Shown here in pieces: positions 1 through 11,900 of a stretch of 64,000 nt of DNA. The DNA is from Sminthopsis crassicaudata (lineage: Eukaryota): the NCBI RefSeq assembly GCF_048593235.1, contig NC_133622.1, positions 247,322,055 to 247,386,054 on the forward strand, in the 5' to 3' direction. The translations under genes were made by a program, and so were the position numbers. The stretch's first letter is position 1; each line of letters begins with the position of its first letter. The notes beneath the pieces are model-generated. The model was given only the letters and a program-made list of their open reading frames with translations, was not told where the DNA came from and searched no databases.

Positions 1-479
1 CTTTTCCCCAGATATCCTCCTCCACCCCGACCCCCACACACACACACCACCCAAGGTGCAGGGAAACAGAATTAGGAGATCCGGGTATGACTTTCACTTA
101 TTAACTGTCTAATCCTAGTGTTCCACATAAACCACATAAACCACATATTAGCAGTCTAGCCATGAACACCTCTCTTGCATGGATTGTAACCACTCTGGGA
201 GGCAGTTTCCTCATCTGAAAAATAGTCGTAAATGTACTTTCACTCTCCACCTTCACGAGGTTGTTGTGAATAGAATAGAAGTGGGGACAACTTTATTATT
301 GCTTCTATTCCTGCCCCTCACCCCTCTCCCCTCCAATATCACGGCCCATTCTTCTCCATCTCCTGGCCTTTGATTTTCCCTCACTTGGACCTCTTGGTAT
401 TTCTGTTTTCCTTCCAGCTTAATCACCTCCCATTCTCCCTCCAGCAGATCCCCTTCTTGGCTTGGGTCTGCTTTGTAAG

Positions 480-630
480 CAACTGTGTATCTCTACTCAT
501 TGAGTCTTCCCCTTCCGTAGTAATCTCCTTGAGGGCAAGAACTCTTTCATTCTTGTTTTAGTATCTCTAGCCCTTGGCACAGTGCCCAGAACTCCGGAGG
601 TGCTTAATAATTGATTGTGGATTGCTTGAT
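480..630 (+). mobile_element. L2 LINE 3'-end fragment
   Basis: Degenerate match to the L2 3' tail (ctccttgagggca... ggcacagtgcc... tgcttaataa ttgattg), recognised by eye. Confidence 0.55.
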
Positions 631-1210
631 TTAGTAATTCTTCTGTGGGACTGTGTATTGCTCTCACTTTTAATACTTAGGGAAGGATAGTATTAAGGCG
701 AGCTGAATCCTCTAGGTTTACTTTTTCACTTTTAGATGAGGAATTGGGATTCTTTCAAATGTAAATGACTGATCTAAGGTCACCAGGCGATAAATGACTT
801 TAAGCCCCGGGACTCCCAGGTGAACTTTCTTTATGCTCTACAGCATTGTCTTTTCAGAGTCCCTGAGCTCTACTTCCTAGCTCTGTTCCTTTCTCTTTCC
901 ATCCCCTTTGCTGAGATTTCTAGGGCCACCAGAGAACCTGGAGATGTGGTGAGGTACTGATGAGATGAAGAAGAAATAAAATAAATTTAAAAATCGAAGA
1001 TAGCATCATTCTGCCAGGGACAAACAGCCCATCTTTGATGGAAGAATAGGAGGCAGTGTGTGGCAACCTCAGTCCCTCAGTCCCTCCAGGCTTTTCTACC
1101 TTTGGGTTTTTTTCAGGCTCCCAATGGGATGTAGGCAGAGATTGCCCTCCCTGCTCCTCATGGCTTGGGTCAGCTCACTTGGAAAAAACAGATATTGAAA
1201 ATAAAGTGAG

Positions 1211-1367
1211 GGGGCAGCTAGGTGGCGCAGTGGATAGAGCACCAGCCCTGAATTCAGGAGGACCCGAGTTCAAATCTGGTCTCAGACACTTCCTAGCTGT
1301 GTGACCCTGGGCAAGTCACTTAACCCCAGCCTCAGGGAAAAAAAAGAAAGAAAGAAAGAAAAGAAAG
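1211..1367 (+). mobile_element. Young marsupial CORE-SINE (WSINE1/SINE1-like) with A-rich tail
   Basis: ggggcagctaggtggcgcagtggatagagcaccagccctg... gagttcaaatc... tgtgtgaccctgggcaagtcacttaacccc; tRNA-derived A and B boxes; (GAAA)n tail. Confidence 0.85.
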
Positions 1368-1374
1368 TGGTTTA

Positions 1375-1500
1375 GGGCAGTTAGTTGGATAGAATCTTAG
1401 TCCTAGAGTCAGGAGATTTTGAGTTCAAATTCAATCTCTGATGCGTGACATTTAGGCACAAATCATTTAACCCCATTGCCTCACAAAGAAAAGAGAAAAA
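1375..1500 (+). mobile_element. Older, diverged CORE-SINE copy
   Basis: gggcagttag... gagtcaggag... gagttcaaat... tcatttaaccccattgcctc plus A-rich tail, directly after the younger copy. Confidence 0.6.
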
Positions 1501-1764
1501 ATGTTATCTAATCCAAATCTTTATATGATCATGAGTCAATTGTCCCTCTTCCTTAGATCTCAGTTTCTTCTTCTGTCAAATAAGAGGGATGGACCAAATG
1601 GTCTCCAAAAACTGTTCCAAATCCTGAAATTCTCCGTCCTCTATCCTAATTCTAACACTTGATTGTCTATACTCTAAATTAAAATCCCTATTTCTAGGGT
1701 CTCTTCCAAATACCTACTCTACATTAGTGATTCTCCAACTTTTCTTCTCGATATTTGTATACTA

Positions 1765-1930
1765 TTAAAAATTATGGAAGATCTGTCCAAAGAGTTTTGT
1801 TTATGGCAGTTATATTTATGGATATTTACCAAGTCAGAAATAAAAAATCATCTTGAACTTGTAGACCAGCTGAAAGGATTTCAGACACCCCTGGAATTCA
1901 CTGGCCCACCATTTGAGAACCACTGTTCTG
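1765..1930. mobile_element. Probable hAT-type MITE fragment
   Basis: ccaaagagttttgtttatggcagttatatttatggatatttacc and terminal tttgagaaccactg resemble MER-type hAT MITEs; recalled similarity only. Confidence 0.35.
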
Positions 1931-4078
1931 CAAATGCCTCTTGTGTGTTCTGGAATCCCTTCCAGCTCTGATATTTTATATTTAAAATCCATTCCACTTC
2001 TGACAGTCTTTGTTCCATGTCTCCCAGGTCTGCTCCAACTTGGATAAGCCCCATTATAAGGCCTCTCCCAACTCTAGCAATCTCTCTACAAGGTTTTCTT
2101 TCAGCTCTGCCATCCTCTGTTTTAACTTCCCTCTTTGCTCTAATATTTTATGACCTCTGAACACCCAGAGAATATTGCTCTGTGGCCAGAGGTTTGCAGA
2201 AGACCTATTAAGGGAAGCTGAGCAATGACAGAGAAGATAAAAGTCGATTGAGGTCTATAGACACATGTGAAAGAAAGCAGGGAGAAGGAGCTCATTTGTA
2301 AGCTAGATGATGCTTCTGATGCTCATCCTCTTTGAGCCAGGAATCCCACTCTCAGGGTTGTACCAAGAGGAAAAACACGGGTCCAACACCAAAATATTAC
2401 CAGTAGCCTTCTGTGTATTAATAGGATGGGTAGCCCATGCCATCAATCGGGAAACAACTGGAATTCTGACATATGAATGGAATGGGATATTTTAGTTGGA
2501 TTATAAGAAATGACAAATATGGGGAGTTCAGAAAAGCAGAGAATAATTTATTCTTGATGGGAATAGGAACACTGTTTTTTCAGTGATATAAGGGACTTCT
2601 GGATGAGGAAACTCCCTTCACTCAGTCAGGTCTTCACCTCATCTTAGGGACTTGCCTTGAACTTTGGGTATGTAAACAATTTTTTTTCAAAGTTGCATGG
2701 GTAGTATGCATGAGAGGTAGCTCTTGAACTCAAGCCTTCCTGGCTTTTTTTCCATTAGACCAGGCTACTTTCTTCAAGGGCTGAATAAACTGAAACAAGA
2801 AAAAAACCTCATACTCAATGAGTAAAACAATATAAATGAAAAGATTACTCAGAATAACTGGGGGAAAAACCCAATAAAGATTCTAGAAAAGAAATAACAA
2901 ACCCCCTCTTCTTGCACAGGTCAGATCAGGGACTGCCAGAACTGAATATTGTATGCAAAAATGTCTTTTTTACATATTTATATATGTTTATAAAACACAG
3001 GTATTTAACATTTTTGCTGAATTTTTTTCTTAATTTTACTTTCTATTTCCTTGTTACAAGGTCCAAAATGGAGATGGGGTAGGAAATACCTATAACAAAA
3101 GAATCAATATCATGTATTGGAAACAATAAAGATATTTTAAAAATACCTATCCCAAAATGTTATTTTCTTAAGTAACTCATTTCTAGGTATAAAAGGAAGA
3201 AGTTTGGGGTTGTTTTTTGCTTTGTTGCATTATGTTGAACATCCTGCTCTAACCAGTTCCCTTAATAGAGCTAGAGAGGATTTGCATACCCACAACACAT
3301 GCAATCAGTCCCAATCAGGGTGGAGGATGGGCCAAGGGACTTTGTCATAGCAGGCCTCTAATAGCTATGAACCCTAGGGATGGTCAAAGACCAGATCCCT
3401 GAGATCCTGTGCCAAATTCCATGACTTTTCTTCCCTGGGGACTGGATTAGCAACAATCCTTTATGCTTTCTGGCTCCTTCTAAGAATTTGCCCACCAGGG
3501 ACTGAGTTCTCTAGAAAGTGTGGGAGTCTTTAGTTTGCCCAATGGCTCCTCCCCCTGCCTCCCACACACTCGATTTTCCCTCAGAGACTCATTATCCATC
3601 ATATGATCTAATTGTCAATGATCTTGCCAGCCAAGTCAAATTTAGTTTCCATTATCTGGCACTTAATACTTTTCACTGACTGATATCATCCCAACCTTTC
3701 CTCCCTAACCTTGATGTTTCAGACAAAATGATCTCCCTGCCTCCCCAAAAATCCTGTATCCTCACCCCACTTTGCTCCTTTACTCACACCCTCCTATTAA
3801 TGTTCTCCAGCCCCTCATAGCTCTGCCACTCTTATTAGAGCGTTGCCCATATTTATTGAATGAGAGTCTTCAGGGAATAGTCCAAAGTGGCCTTAATATT
3901 TATTTTCTGAGTCATCTCAGAGCTCTTTATCCTCCCAGTATATTGCAGGTCCCTGAACCCTTGGTTTATTGCTGGGGGCTCCAAAGATCTTTCAGTATCA
4001 TTTTGTGTTTAACAGTTTAGTCTTTATTATTCCCCATTATAAGGGAATAAGTAGAAGAATTACCCATGCATATACTTT

Positions 4079-4298
4079 NNNNNNNNNNNNNNNNNNNNNN
4101 NNNNNNNNNNNNNNNNNNNNNNNNNNNNNNNNNNNNNNNNNNNNNNNNNNNNNNNNNNNNNNNNNNNNNNNNNNNNNNNNNNNNNNNNNNNNNNNNNNNN
4201 NNNNNNNNNNNNNNNNNNNNNNNNNNNNNNNNNNNNNNNNNNNNNNNNNNNNNNNNNNNNNNNNNNNNNNNNNNNNNNNNNNNNNNNNNNNNNNNNNN
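4079..4298. other. Assembly gap (run of 220 N)
   Basis: Directly visible N run. Confidence 0.99.
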
Positions 4299-4744
4299 AG
4301 AATTGTTGTTAACTTCTGAGTTCCTTCTGATCTTCCTAGTCTTCTGCATCTGAGGAGTAATATACCATCCATTTTAGGAGAACTAAGGACCCTGTTTACA
4401 TTTGTAGAAACCCAGACACAAGCTACGTTCAGAGATTTCCCCAACATTAACAAACTAGTATCTTTGGAGTCAGTGCCCCAAATTAGAGCTGGTCTTATTT
4501 AGAGTTAGGGTGCCCTGGGCCATGGGTTCCCTCCAAAAGAACTCTTTAGCTGCAACTAGTTCCAATTCACTTTTTAGACTTCCTTCACATGATTCTCCCC
4601 TATGATGTTTATATTCTAGTCAAAGTGGACCCATGGCAGCTTCCTAACCTCGAAGCTCCATTTCCCATCCCTCTGCAGGGGCACAGACTATTCCCTTCCT
4701 CCTCCTCACATAATCTGGGATGGCTTTTGTCAAGACTCCACTAA

Positions 4745-4920
4745 GGTGGTGTGTTTTTCATTCTCCAAGAGGACCAGGACATCAGGGAGGGGATGCCATG
4801 ACATGCATTTGAGTTGGATTTAAGTGAGGGAGGGCTGGCCAAGGTCACCAGCCTCACTTTCCCCTCCAGAGCCTTCTGGGTCTGGTGGCAAGACAGACCA
4901 GGAGAGTGGAGATGGCCCTC
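4745..4920. mobile_element. Marsupial SINE fragment (Mar1/RTE-tail type)
   Basis: ttcattctccaagaggacca-gacatcagggagg-gatgccatgacatgca... ggatttaagtgagggagggctg... aaggtcaccagcctcacttt resembles an abundant marsupial SINE; family assignment is from memory. Confidence 0.5.
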
Positions 4921-5182
4921 CCACTCAGGTGTTTTCTCCTCTAGGAAACCTTTCCTGATCTCAGCAGGGGATGTTCTCTCCCTCTTCAAATTACCTTTAA
5001 TGATCCTCAGCCAGTAAGGAGTCAGTAGAACACAAGCTCCTTGAGGGGGCAGGATATTTCCATTTTGTCTTTGTATCCCCACACCCAGTTTGTTACTTGG
5101 TTAGTGTTTGTTGATTTGGAGAAAAATAATTCCCTGAATCTTAAACCGTGATTTAAGAATAATAATACTTAACACTATAATT

Positions 5183-5320
5183 GGGACAGCTAGATGAATG
5201 AGCATTGGATAGAGCTTTGGTTCTGAAATCAGGATCTGAGTTCAAATCCAACCTCAGATATTTGATACTTATTAGCTGTGTGACTCTGGGCAAGTCACTT
5301 AACCTTGATTATTTCCCCAA
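5183..5320 (+). mobile_element. CORE-SINE copy
   Basis: gggacagctag... gagttcaaatcc... agctgtgtgactctgggcaagtcacttaacc. Confidence 0.7.
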
Positions 5321-5639
5321 TTAATCAATCAATAGCCCTATAATGAAGAATGGCACTAGTAGAGAAGTGGTCAGACCTGTGAATCTTAGAGAATCACAGG
5401 ATCATAGAACTAGGAAGTCATTCAGAGGCAGTCTATTCCCACCATCCATTTTACAGAAGAGAAACAAGAGAAGGAAAGGAAGGGAGAGAGGAGGGAAGAG
5501 CTAAGTTCACAGCTCCCTTCCTAGGGGAAGCCCAAGAGGCATCAGAAGGATTGGGGCCAGGACAGAGCTGCACTGATCCCTGGTTTCTGAGCTTTCCCTG
5601 CAGAGGAAACAAGATCCCAAAGCATCAGTGGTTCCCCCC

Positions 5640-5900
5640 ACACACACCAGGTGTGCTCAAGCTGAAGCCCCTCCAGACTGGGGACCACTGTCAGGTGACG
5701 GACCGAGAGCCCCAGGGAGGGCGAGCAGGCCGGGTTCTCTGCAGGGAGGGCTCCTCTCCTCCCTCCCCCAGGGTGGTAGTTTCCCCACAGTCCCTTTCCC
5801 GAGGCAGGTGGGGGCTTCTCCAGGTGCTCCCGCTCTCCTCCCGGGCCAGACAATCCATATAAGGCGGCCCTGCGGCTCCCTCGCCAGTGCAGGAGGCGGC
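5640..5900 (+). promoter_or_regulatory. ZP1 proximal promoter: TATA box and four CAGGTG E-boxes
   Basis: ATATAA at 5857-5862, about 40 nt upstream of ATG 5901; CAGGTG at 5648, 5692, 5805 and 5821. ZP promoters are known to use an E-box near -200 bound by FIGLA/E12. Confidence 0.7.
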
Positions 5901-8900
5901 ATGGGCTCCTTCTGGAGGCTGGGTGCGGGAAGTCTCGCCATGGGTGGGGGGATGTGTCTGGAGTTCCTGCTGCTGGCGACTCTGGGGCTCTTCCTGGGTC
6001 AGACACCTGGGGCCCGGGGCTTGCAGCACAGGCTCGAATGTGGCTCCTACAGCATGCAGCTGCTGGTCTTCCCAAGGCCGGGCCGAATGATCCGCTTCAA
6101 GGTGGTGGGTGAGTGGCTGCTGTTTGAGAGAGGGCCGAGTGTCCAGCTTAGATAGACTGCAAGCTCCTGGAAGGTGGGGCGCTCTTGCCTTTGCCTCCCA
6201 AGCACCTGGAACATAGTAGGCGCTTAATAAATGTTTGTTGAGGAGCCTTCTGAGGCTGGCCCCCTAGTGAGAACCGGAGGGGGATCCCCATTGGTTAACC
6301 CGAGTATAGCGCCCACAGCCGGGGTGACGGCTCTGGGGGCCTCTCTTCCCCAGATGAGTTTGGGACCCCTTTTGAAGTGACCAACTGCTCCATCTGCCTC
6401 CACTGGATCTCCTCCAAGCCCCAGGGTCCCGCCATCTTCTCGGCAGGTTACCACGGATGCCACGTCACGAAGAAGGTGGGCTGTCCCTCTGTGGTGGGTG
6501 GTCGGGCCGGGACAGAGTCAGGGCTGTATGGGTCAAGAGCCTATCCTGCTGGTCATTGAGGCTGCCCGTGTCTCCTGTGGTATAAAAAAGAAAGCTGAGC
6601 TGGGGGGCTAATGCCTAGAGGAGACACATTGGCTGTGTGACCCATTTCCCAGATGAGAAAGCTGAGGCTCAGATTCACAGTCTCATGCCAACTTACCAAC
6701 GCCTCCATTTTATGGAGGGGGAAATGGAGGCCCACAATGTGACTGGAACAAATTAGCCATTGAATGGGGCAGTCACGTAGGAGCCATCTGGAGTTGGATT
6801 TGAACCCAGAACCTACTCGGATACTGTCCTTTCCACTGCGCCAGACTCCTCAGCTCTGGCGCTCTTTGCTGTGGGCAGCCTGATATAAATGGGCGTTCTT
6901 TCACTAATATGCCAGGGGGTTGGTAGAGTTCCCCTAGGAATGCTGTAGAGGTGGGGGCTGGGGGGAGGGAAGGAGGGAGGGGGAACCCTCCCCCCCCAGT
7001 CCAGACTCTGACCTCCGTCTCTGCCTCAGGATGATCAGTACCACTTACGGGTATTCGTGGAAGAGATGCTGGGCGCTCACGTTGATGAAACTCGCGTCGT
7101 GACCCTGATCTGCCCCCGACCTGAGCCTCCCAACACCTCAGGGCCCCCCCTTCCTCCCCCCTCCCCCGCCAGCTTCCATCCTCATCCTCTCCTTCCCCTT
7201 CCTTCTCCCCCTCACCCCATCCACCCCTCGTGGAGACGTCCACTTCTCCCAGCTGTGGCTGATGGCACCCGGCCGCCGGCCCCGATCCAGCCCACCAGGC
7301 CTCCCTCCTCCGGCCGCGGCTCTCCAGTGCCCCGCATCTCACAGCCGCAGCCAGGTAAGTCCGGCTCCTTCCCCGGGGTCCTTTCTGCCTGGGGTGGGGG
7401 GCTTCTTAGCGGACCCTTCCTCGAGGCGAGCTCTGCCCCTGCTGCCAGGGAGCACCTCCACTGGGTGGCCTGATGCCGGGGCAGGGCATCCCCCTAGATC
7501 GGGCCGACCACCTCTCGTAGGTCAGGACGGACTTCCCGCGGTCCCCGGTGACCCCCCGAGCCAGGAGCGATGCCGCGTGGGCTCCGGCCGCGTCCCGTGT
7601 GCGGAAGGTGCGAGCTCCGAAGCCTGTCTCCGAGCAGGCTGCTGCTTTGACTACACAGATGAGGAGATGCCATGTTACTATGGCAACACAGGTGCGCTCG
7701 CATCCCTAAGTAATGGGCTCTTTCTATTAAATACTTCCTCGGCACTAGGCCCGGGCGCATAGGTACAAAGATAGTCCCTACTATCTGGTAACAAAATAAA
7801 TATATATATATAAAATCTATATCACAAAGACAAAATTAATTAATATATGAGTATTTACATGTATATATGGCATGTGGGGAGGATACTAGTGGTTGGGGAA
7901 TCATGAAAAGGTTTTCAAGAAATTGAAAAGTTCTCTCAAACCCAACTTGTTAAGCTGTGGCTCACAATCCCATCTGGGGCCTTGTAACTGAATATGGGGG
8001 TCCCGAAATCATGATCTATTATCGGTAAATATTTAACTTGTAGACCTGTTATATAGCTGGGTCATGTAAAAATTTCTCGGGCAAAAAGTTGAAGAGGCTC
8101 TGCTCTCAAAGATCACCAGGCCAGCACCCGAATGCTCATCTTAAATGACTGCTAAAAATGAGGCGGGAGGGGCAGCTAGGGGGCGCAGTGGAGAGAGCAC
8201 CAGCCTTGAAGTCAGGAGGACCTGAGTTCAAATCTAGTCTCAGACACTTCACACTTCCTGTGTGTGACCCTGGGCAAGTCACTTAACCCCAGCCTCAGGA
8301 AAGAAAAGAAAAAAAAGGCAGGAAAAATCTCCATGTTTGGGCCAAGGCCCTTTAGCTATTAATTATCCGGAGCAGTCATAGGCCTCCTACCCCGGGCACC
8401 CTCTGATACTAACTTGCCTTGGTCATCTGGCCAGCCACTGTCCAGTGTTCTGAAGATGGCCACTTCGTCCTGGTGCTCTCCCGGAATATGACCTCGGCAA
8501 AGCAGGTCAGTCTCGAGAGCATCAGGCTAGCCTACGCCTCGGAGGGCTGCGCCCCGACCCGGAGGACACAAGACTTCGTGGTCTTCCGATTTCTGGTCAC
8601 CCAGTGTGGTACCTCCACGCAGGTAAGGGGCAGGGGACGGCTCTCCGGGTGGCTACGGTATCCCAGAGTGGCAAGTCCCTCATCTGCCTCCCCTTCCCCA
8701 GCTGGTCAACAACCAACTCGTCTATGAGAACCAACTGGTGTCGGACATGGGTGTCCAGACGGGCCCAGAAGGTGCCATCACGCGGGACAGCACCTACCTG
8801 TGAGTAAGATCTCTGGCTGGCTCTGAAGCTGGGCAGCACCCGGGGCTCTTGATCTATACGTACAGAGGGGCTAGCCCCAGACACCCAGGAAGCTGTCAGT

Positions 8901-11900
8901 TCTGGCCCTGGGAACTAGCCTCGCAGTGCTGTCACAGCCGGGCCCTTACAGCAGGTAAGGGGGACGGTGCTGGGGGAGGCTGCCTTCTAGTACAAAGATG
9001 GGGATCTGGGTTTGGTCGGCAGAAGGCGAACAGAAGCCTCGGTCAGGGGATTTCGTTACCCAGAAGCACAAGTCTTAATCTGAAAGTAAGGTGTTTGTTC
9101 CACACAGCAAATGGCCTTGAGGTTTTCGTATGATAAGGAACACTGAGTTGGCCCCTAGAAACAGGAAGCCGAAGGTACAGCTTCTGCCCGGAAGCCTCCC
9201 GGGAGCTGGCGGGCGTGGTGATACAGAGGGCCCTATCGAGGCTCGGGGCCTCCATCTCTGCAAGGTCCATAGCAGACCCTCCCTTTTTGGAGGTAGTAAG
9301 TCTCTTGCCACTGCTGGGCAAGGTCCTAAGTACTTGGAGGTGGCAGGGGGCTCGCCATCTCCAAAGGGCGTGGGGCCAGATCTGTCCTTCTATAGTTACC
9401 ACATGAGATGCCTTGGTTTCTTTAGGAGTTACCCTGCTTGGCACCCTGGTGCAGTCCTTGCCTTCAGGGGGCATATAATCTAGCTAAGGGGATGAGATTG
9501 GGAAGGGTGACAGAACTCTAACATTCAGGGAAGCAGTCCAGTAGTGTTGTCTCTCAAATCCTGCCTGTCCTTATCACCTGAAGCAACCGTAGAGAAAGCC
9601 CTTAACCCCAATTTTCTCAGCAAAAAAAAAAAAAAAAAAAAGTTAAGTGACTTGCCCAGGCTCATTCAGCTAGGAAGTATTGGAAATCATGGACTTATTT
9701 TTGGTTTTATTTATTTATCTATCTATTTACTTATTTTTGCTGAGGCAATTGGGGTTAAGTGACTTGCCCAGGGTCACACAGCTAGGAAGCATTAAGTGTC
9801 TGAGGCCAGATTTAAACTTGGGACCTTCTGACTTAGGGCTGGTGCTCTAGCCACTGCATCCCTTAGCTGCCCCCACTTCTTAATGCCTCAGTACGTTCCC
9901 TTTCAATTTGAGCTGTGAATTTATGGCCAAGACGGCAACAATACTGCAGAAATTAGACTATTAGACTAGAAAATCCATACCTGAACCCAAATCCTTTGAC
10001 ATCTAATAGTTCTGCTTCATAGACGATCAACCAGTAAGAATGAACTCCCCGACTCTCACATTGTACATGAAACAAGTTTCAAGCTTTGGTCTGAAACCTG
10101 CTGCTGCCAAGGAGCAATCTCATTGGGGCAGCCCAGTGGCTAGAGCACTGAGCCTGGACTCAAAGGCTTTAATCTGAATTTCTCTCAATTCCCTCCTCCA
10201 TGAAGTAGAGGGACTAATAGCACCTCCCAAGTTCGAGAATCAACGAGAGCTTTTGCAAAGTACCGGGCAGAATGCCTGGCACGTAGCAGGTGCTTCACTA
10301 ATGCCAGCTCATTGACCCTTCTTTGCAACAGCCCCCAAATGCTTTATTGTGTCCGTGCCCCGTTACTACCAGCTTGCTCAGTCCCTGGCAGTACCAAGTT
10401 AATGAGGACTAGAAATACAAGAGCTTAACTTCAAATGCTTCAGTTATCTAACCCCAGATCTCGGCTCTTTGGGCCCCCTTCAAAATGGGGGGATAATGTC
10501 TTCTTTACATGGCAGGTAGGGAAGTAGGGCTGTCGGACCTTAAGGTGCCATTTAATTGGAAGCTATTATCATTCTTAGGTCACTGGAGGCAGTGTTGGGG
10601 AGGCAGGAGTGTTCTTGGGTAATATTCCCCAGAAGAGTGAAAATGGGGGGTGAGAACAGAACAGGGATATTAATTTGGGAATTAAAAAAAAAGACTTTTC
10701 CTAAAGCTTGGCTTGGGAAAGGTAGAGAATGAGAGGAAGATAGCCTTTGATTCTGTCCATCCCAACTCTACAAGAGAGAAAGGGAGCCCCGAGCCCAGGC
10801 TGCCTCCTCTCCCTGTAGTCCACCACCTCTGGGAAGGGAGGCGAGCCTCCTTGCTGGGTAAGGACTGGCCACTTCATTGATGGGCTCGAGCTTTTCACCT
10901 TCCGGTACCAGCTCCTTGAGACTACATAAATTCAGCTTCTCCATGAAAGGAGCTGGGCCAGCCCCGCTAACTGTGTTCCCACCTTCTCGCTCCGGCGCAG
11001 CCTCCACGCACGCTGTATCTACAACGTCAGCAACTTCTTGCCTCTCCAGCTGGAAGTCTTCCCTGCGTCGTCACCTGTCCCCGCGCTTGGGTCCGGCCCC
11101 TTGCATCTTGAGCTCCGAATCGCCAAGGGTAAAGAAATCCCCATCCCGCCATGCCCAGACCCTTTTTAGCATCAGTACCCAAAAGTTCACGACACCCTCC
11201 TCTCCCGATCATAGATGAGAAATATGTCTCCTACTATCATGTGGAAGACTTCCCCATCTTCAAGGTGCTCCGGGAACCCATCCACGTAGAAGTGAGACTC
11301 CTCCATAGGACGGACCCCCACCTGGTGCTGGTTCTGCATCACTGCTGGGCTACCCCCAGCACCAATCCCTTCAGGGAACCTCAGTGGCCGCTTCTGCTTG
11401 ATGGGTGAGTGGCCAGTTGGGGGCCGGCTCTGGACAGGGCCCGACTTCTCAGCAGATCGCAGCTAAGATCTCACCGATTTCTTTCCTAGATGCCCATTTT
11501 CTGGAGATGGCTACAAGACCCAGTTGGTACCCAAGAATGTATCGGAGTCCCCTTTCCCAACTCATTATCAGCGTTTCATGGTAGCCACCTTTACTTTTGT
11601 GGACTTGGCCTCCCAGAGGGCCCTCGGTGGACCGGTAAGAACCACGGCTGGGTTCTGGACGGATGAGGAAAATCTGCCTGTGAGGAGATAGAAATGGGAC
11701 ACGGAACAGCCGGGGTGGCCGGACAAGCAGGTGTATGGAAGCTGCAAGCGCGGGGAGAGGTTGTGAACGGATTTAAATGCCAACAGAAATCGGTACCTCT
11801 AGTAGAGAAGAAATGGGAGTTGCCGAGTTTTATCCTGCAGGAAGGGCTGATGTGGTCAGTCCTGTGCGCTTTGGGAATCCCCTCGGCAGCAGCGCGAAGC

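Noticed and set aside
1211-1290. tRNA gene (A-box and B-box motifs)
   Set aside because: The boxes belong to the tRNA-derived head of a CORE-SINE. There is no cloverleaf, and the CORE and tail follow directly. The same applies at 8169, 9873 and 16060.
3969-4453. ORFs spanning poly-X
   Set aside because: They are artefacts of translating through the N gap.
1-5500. Exons of the expected upstream neighbour (PTGDR2 in human synteny)
   Set aside because: No GPCR-like coding sequence is visible; the region is mostly old repeats.
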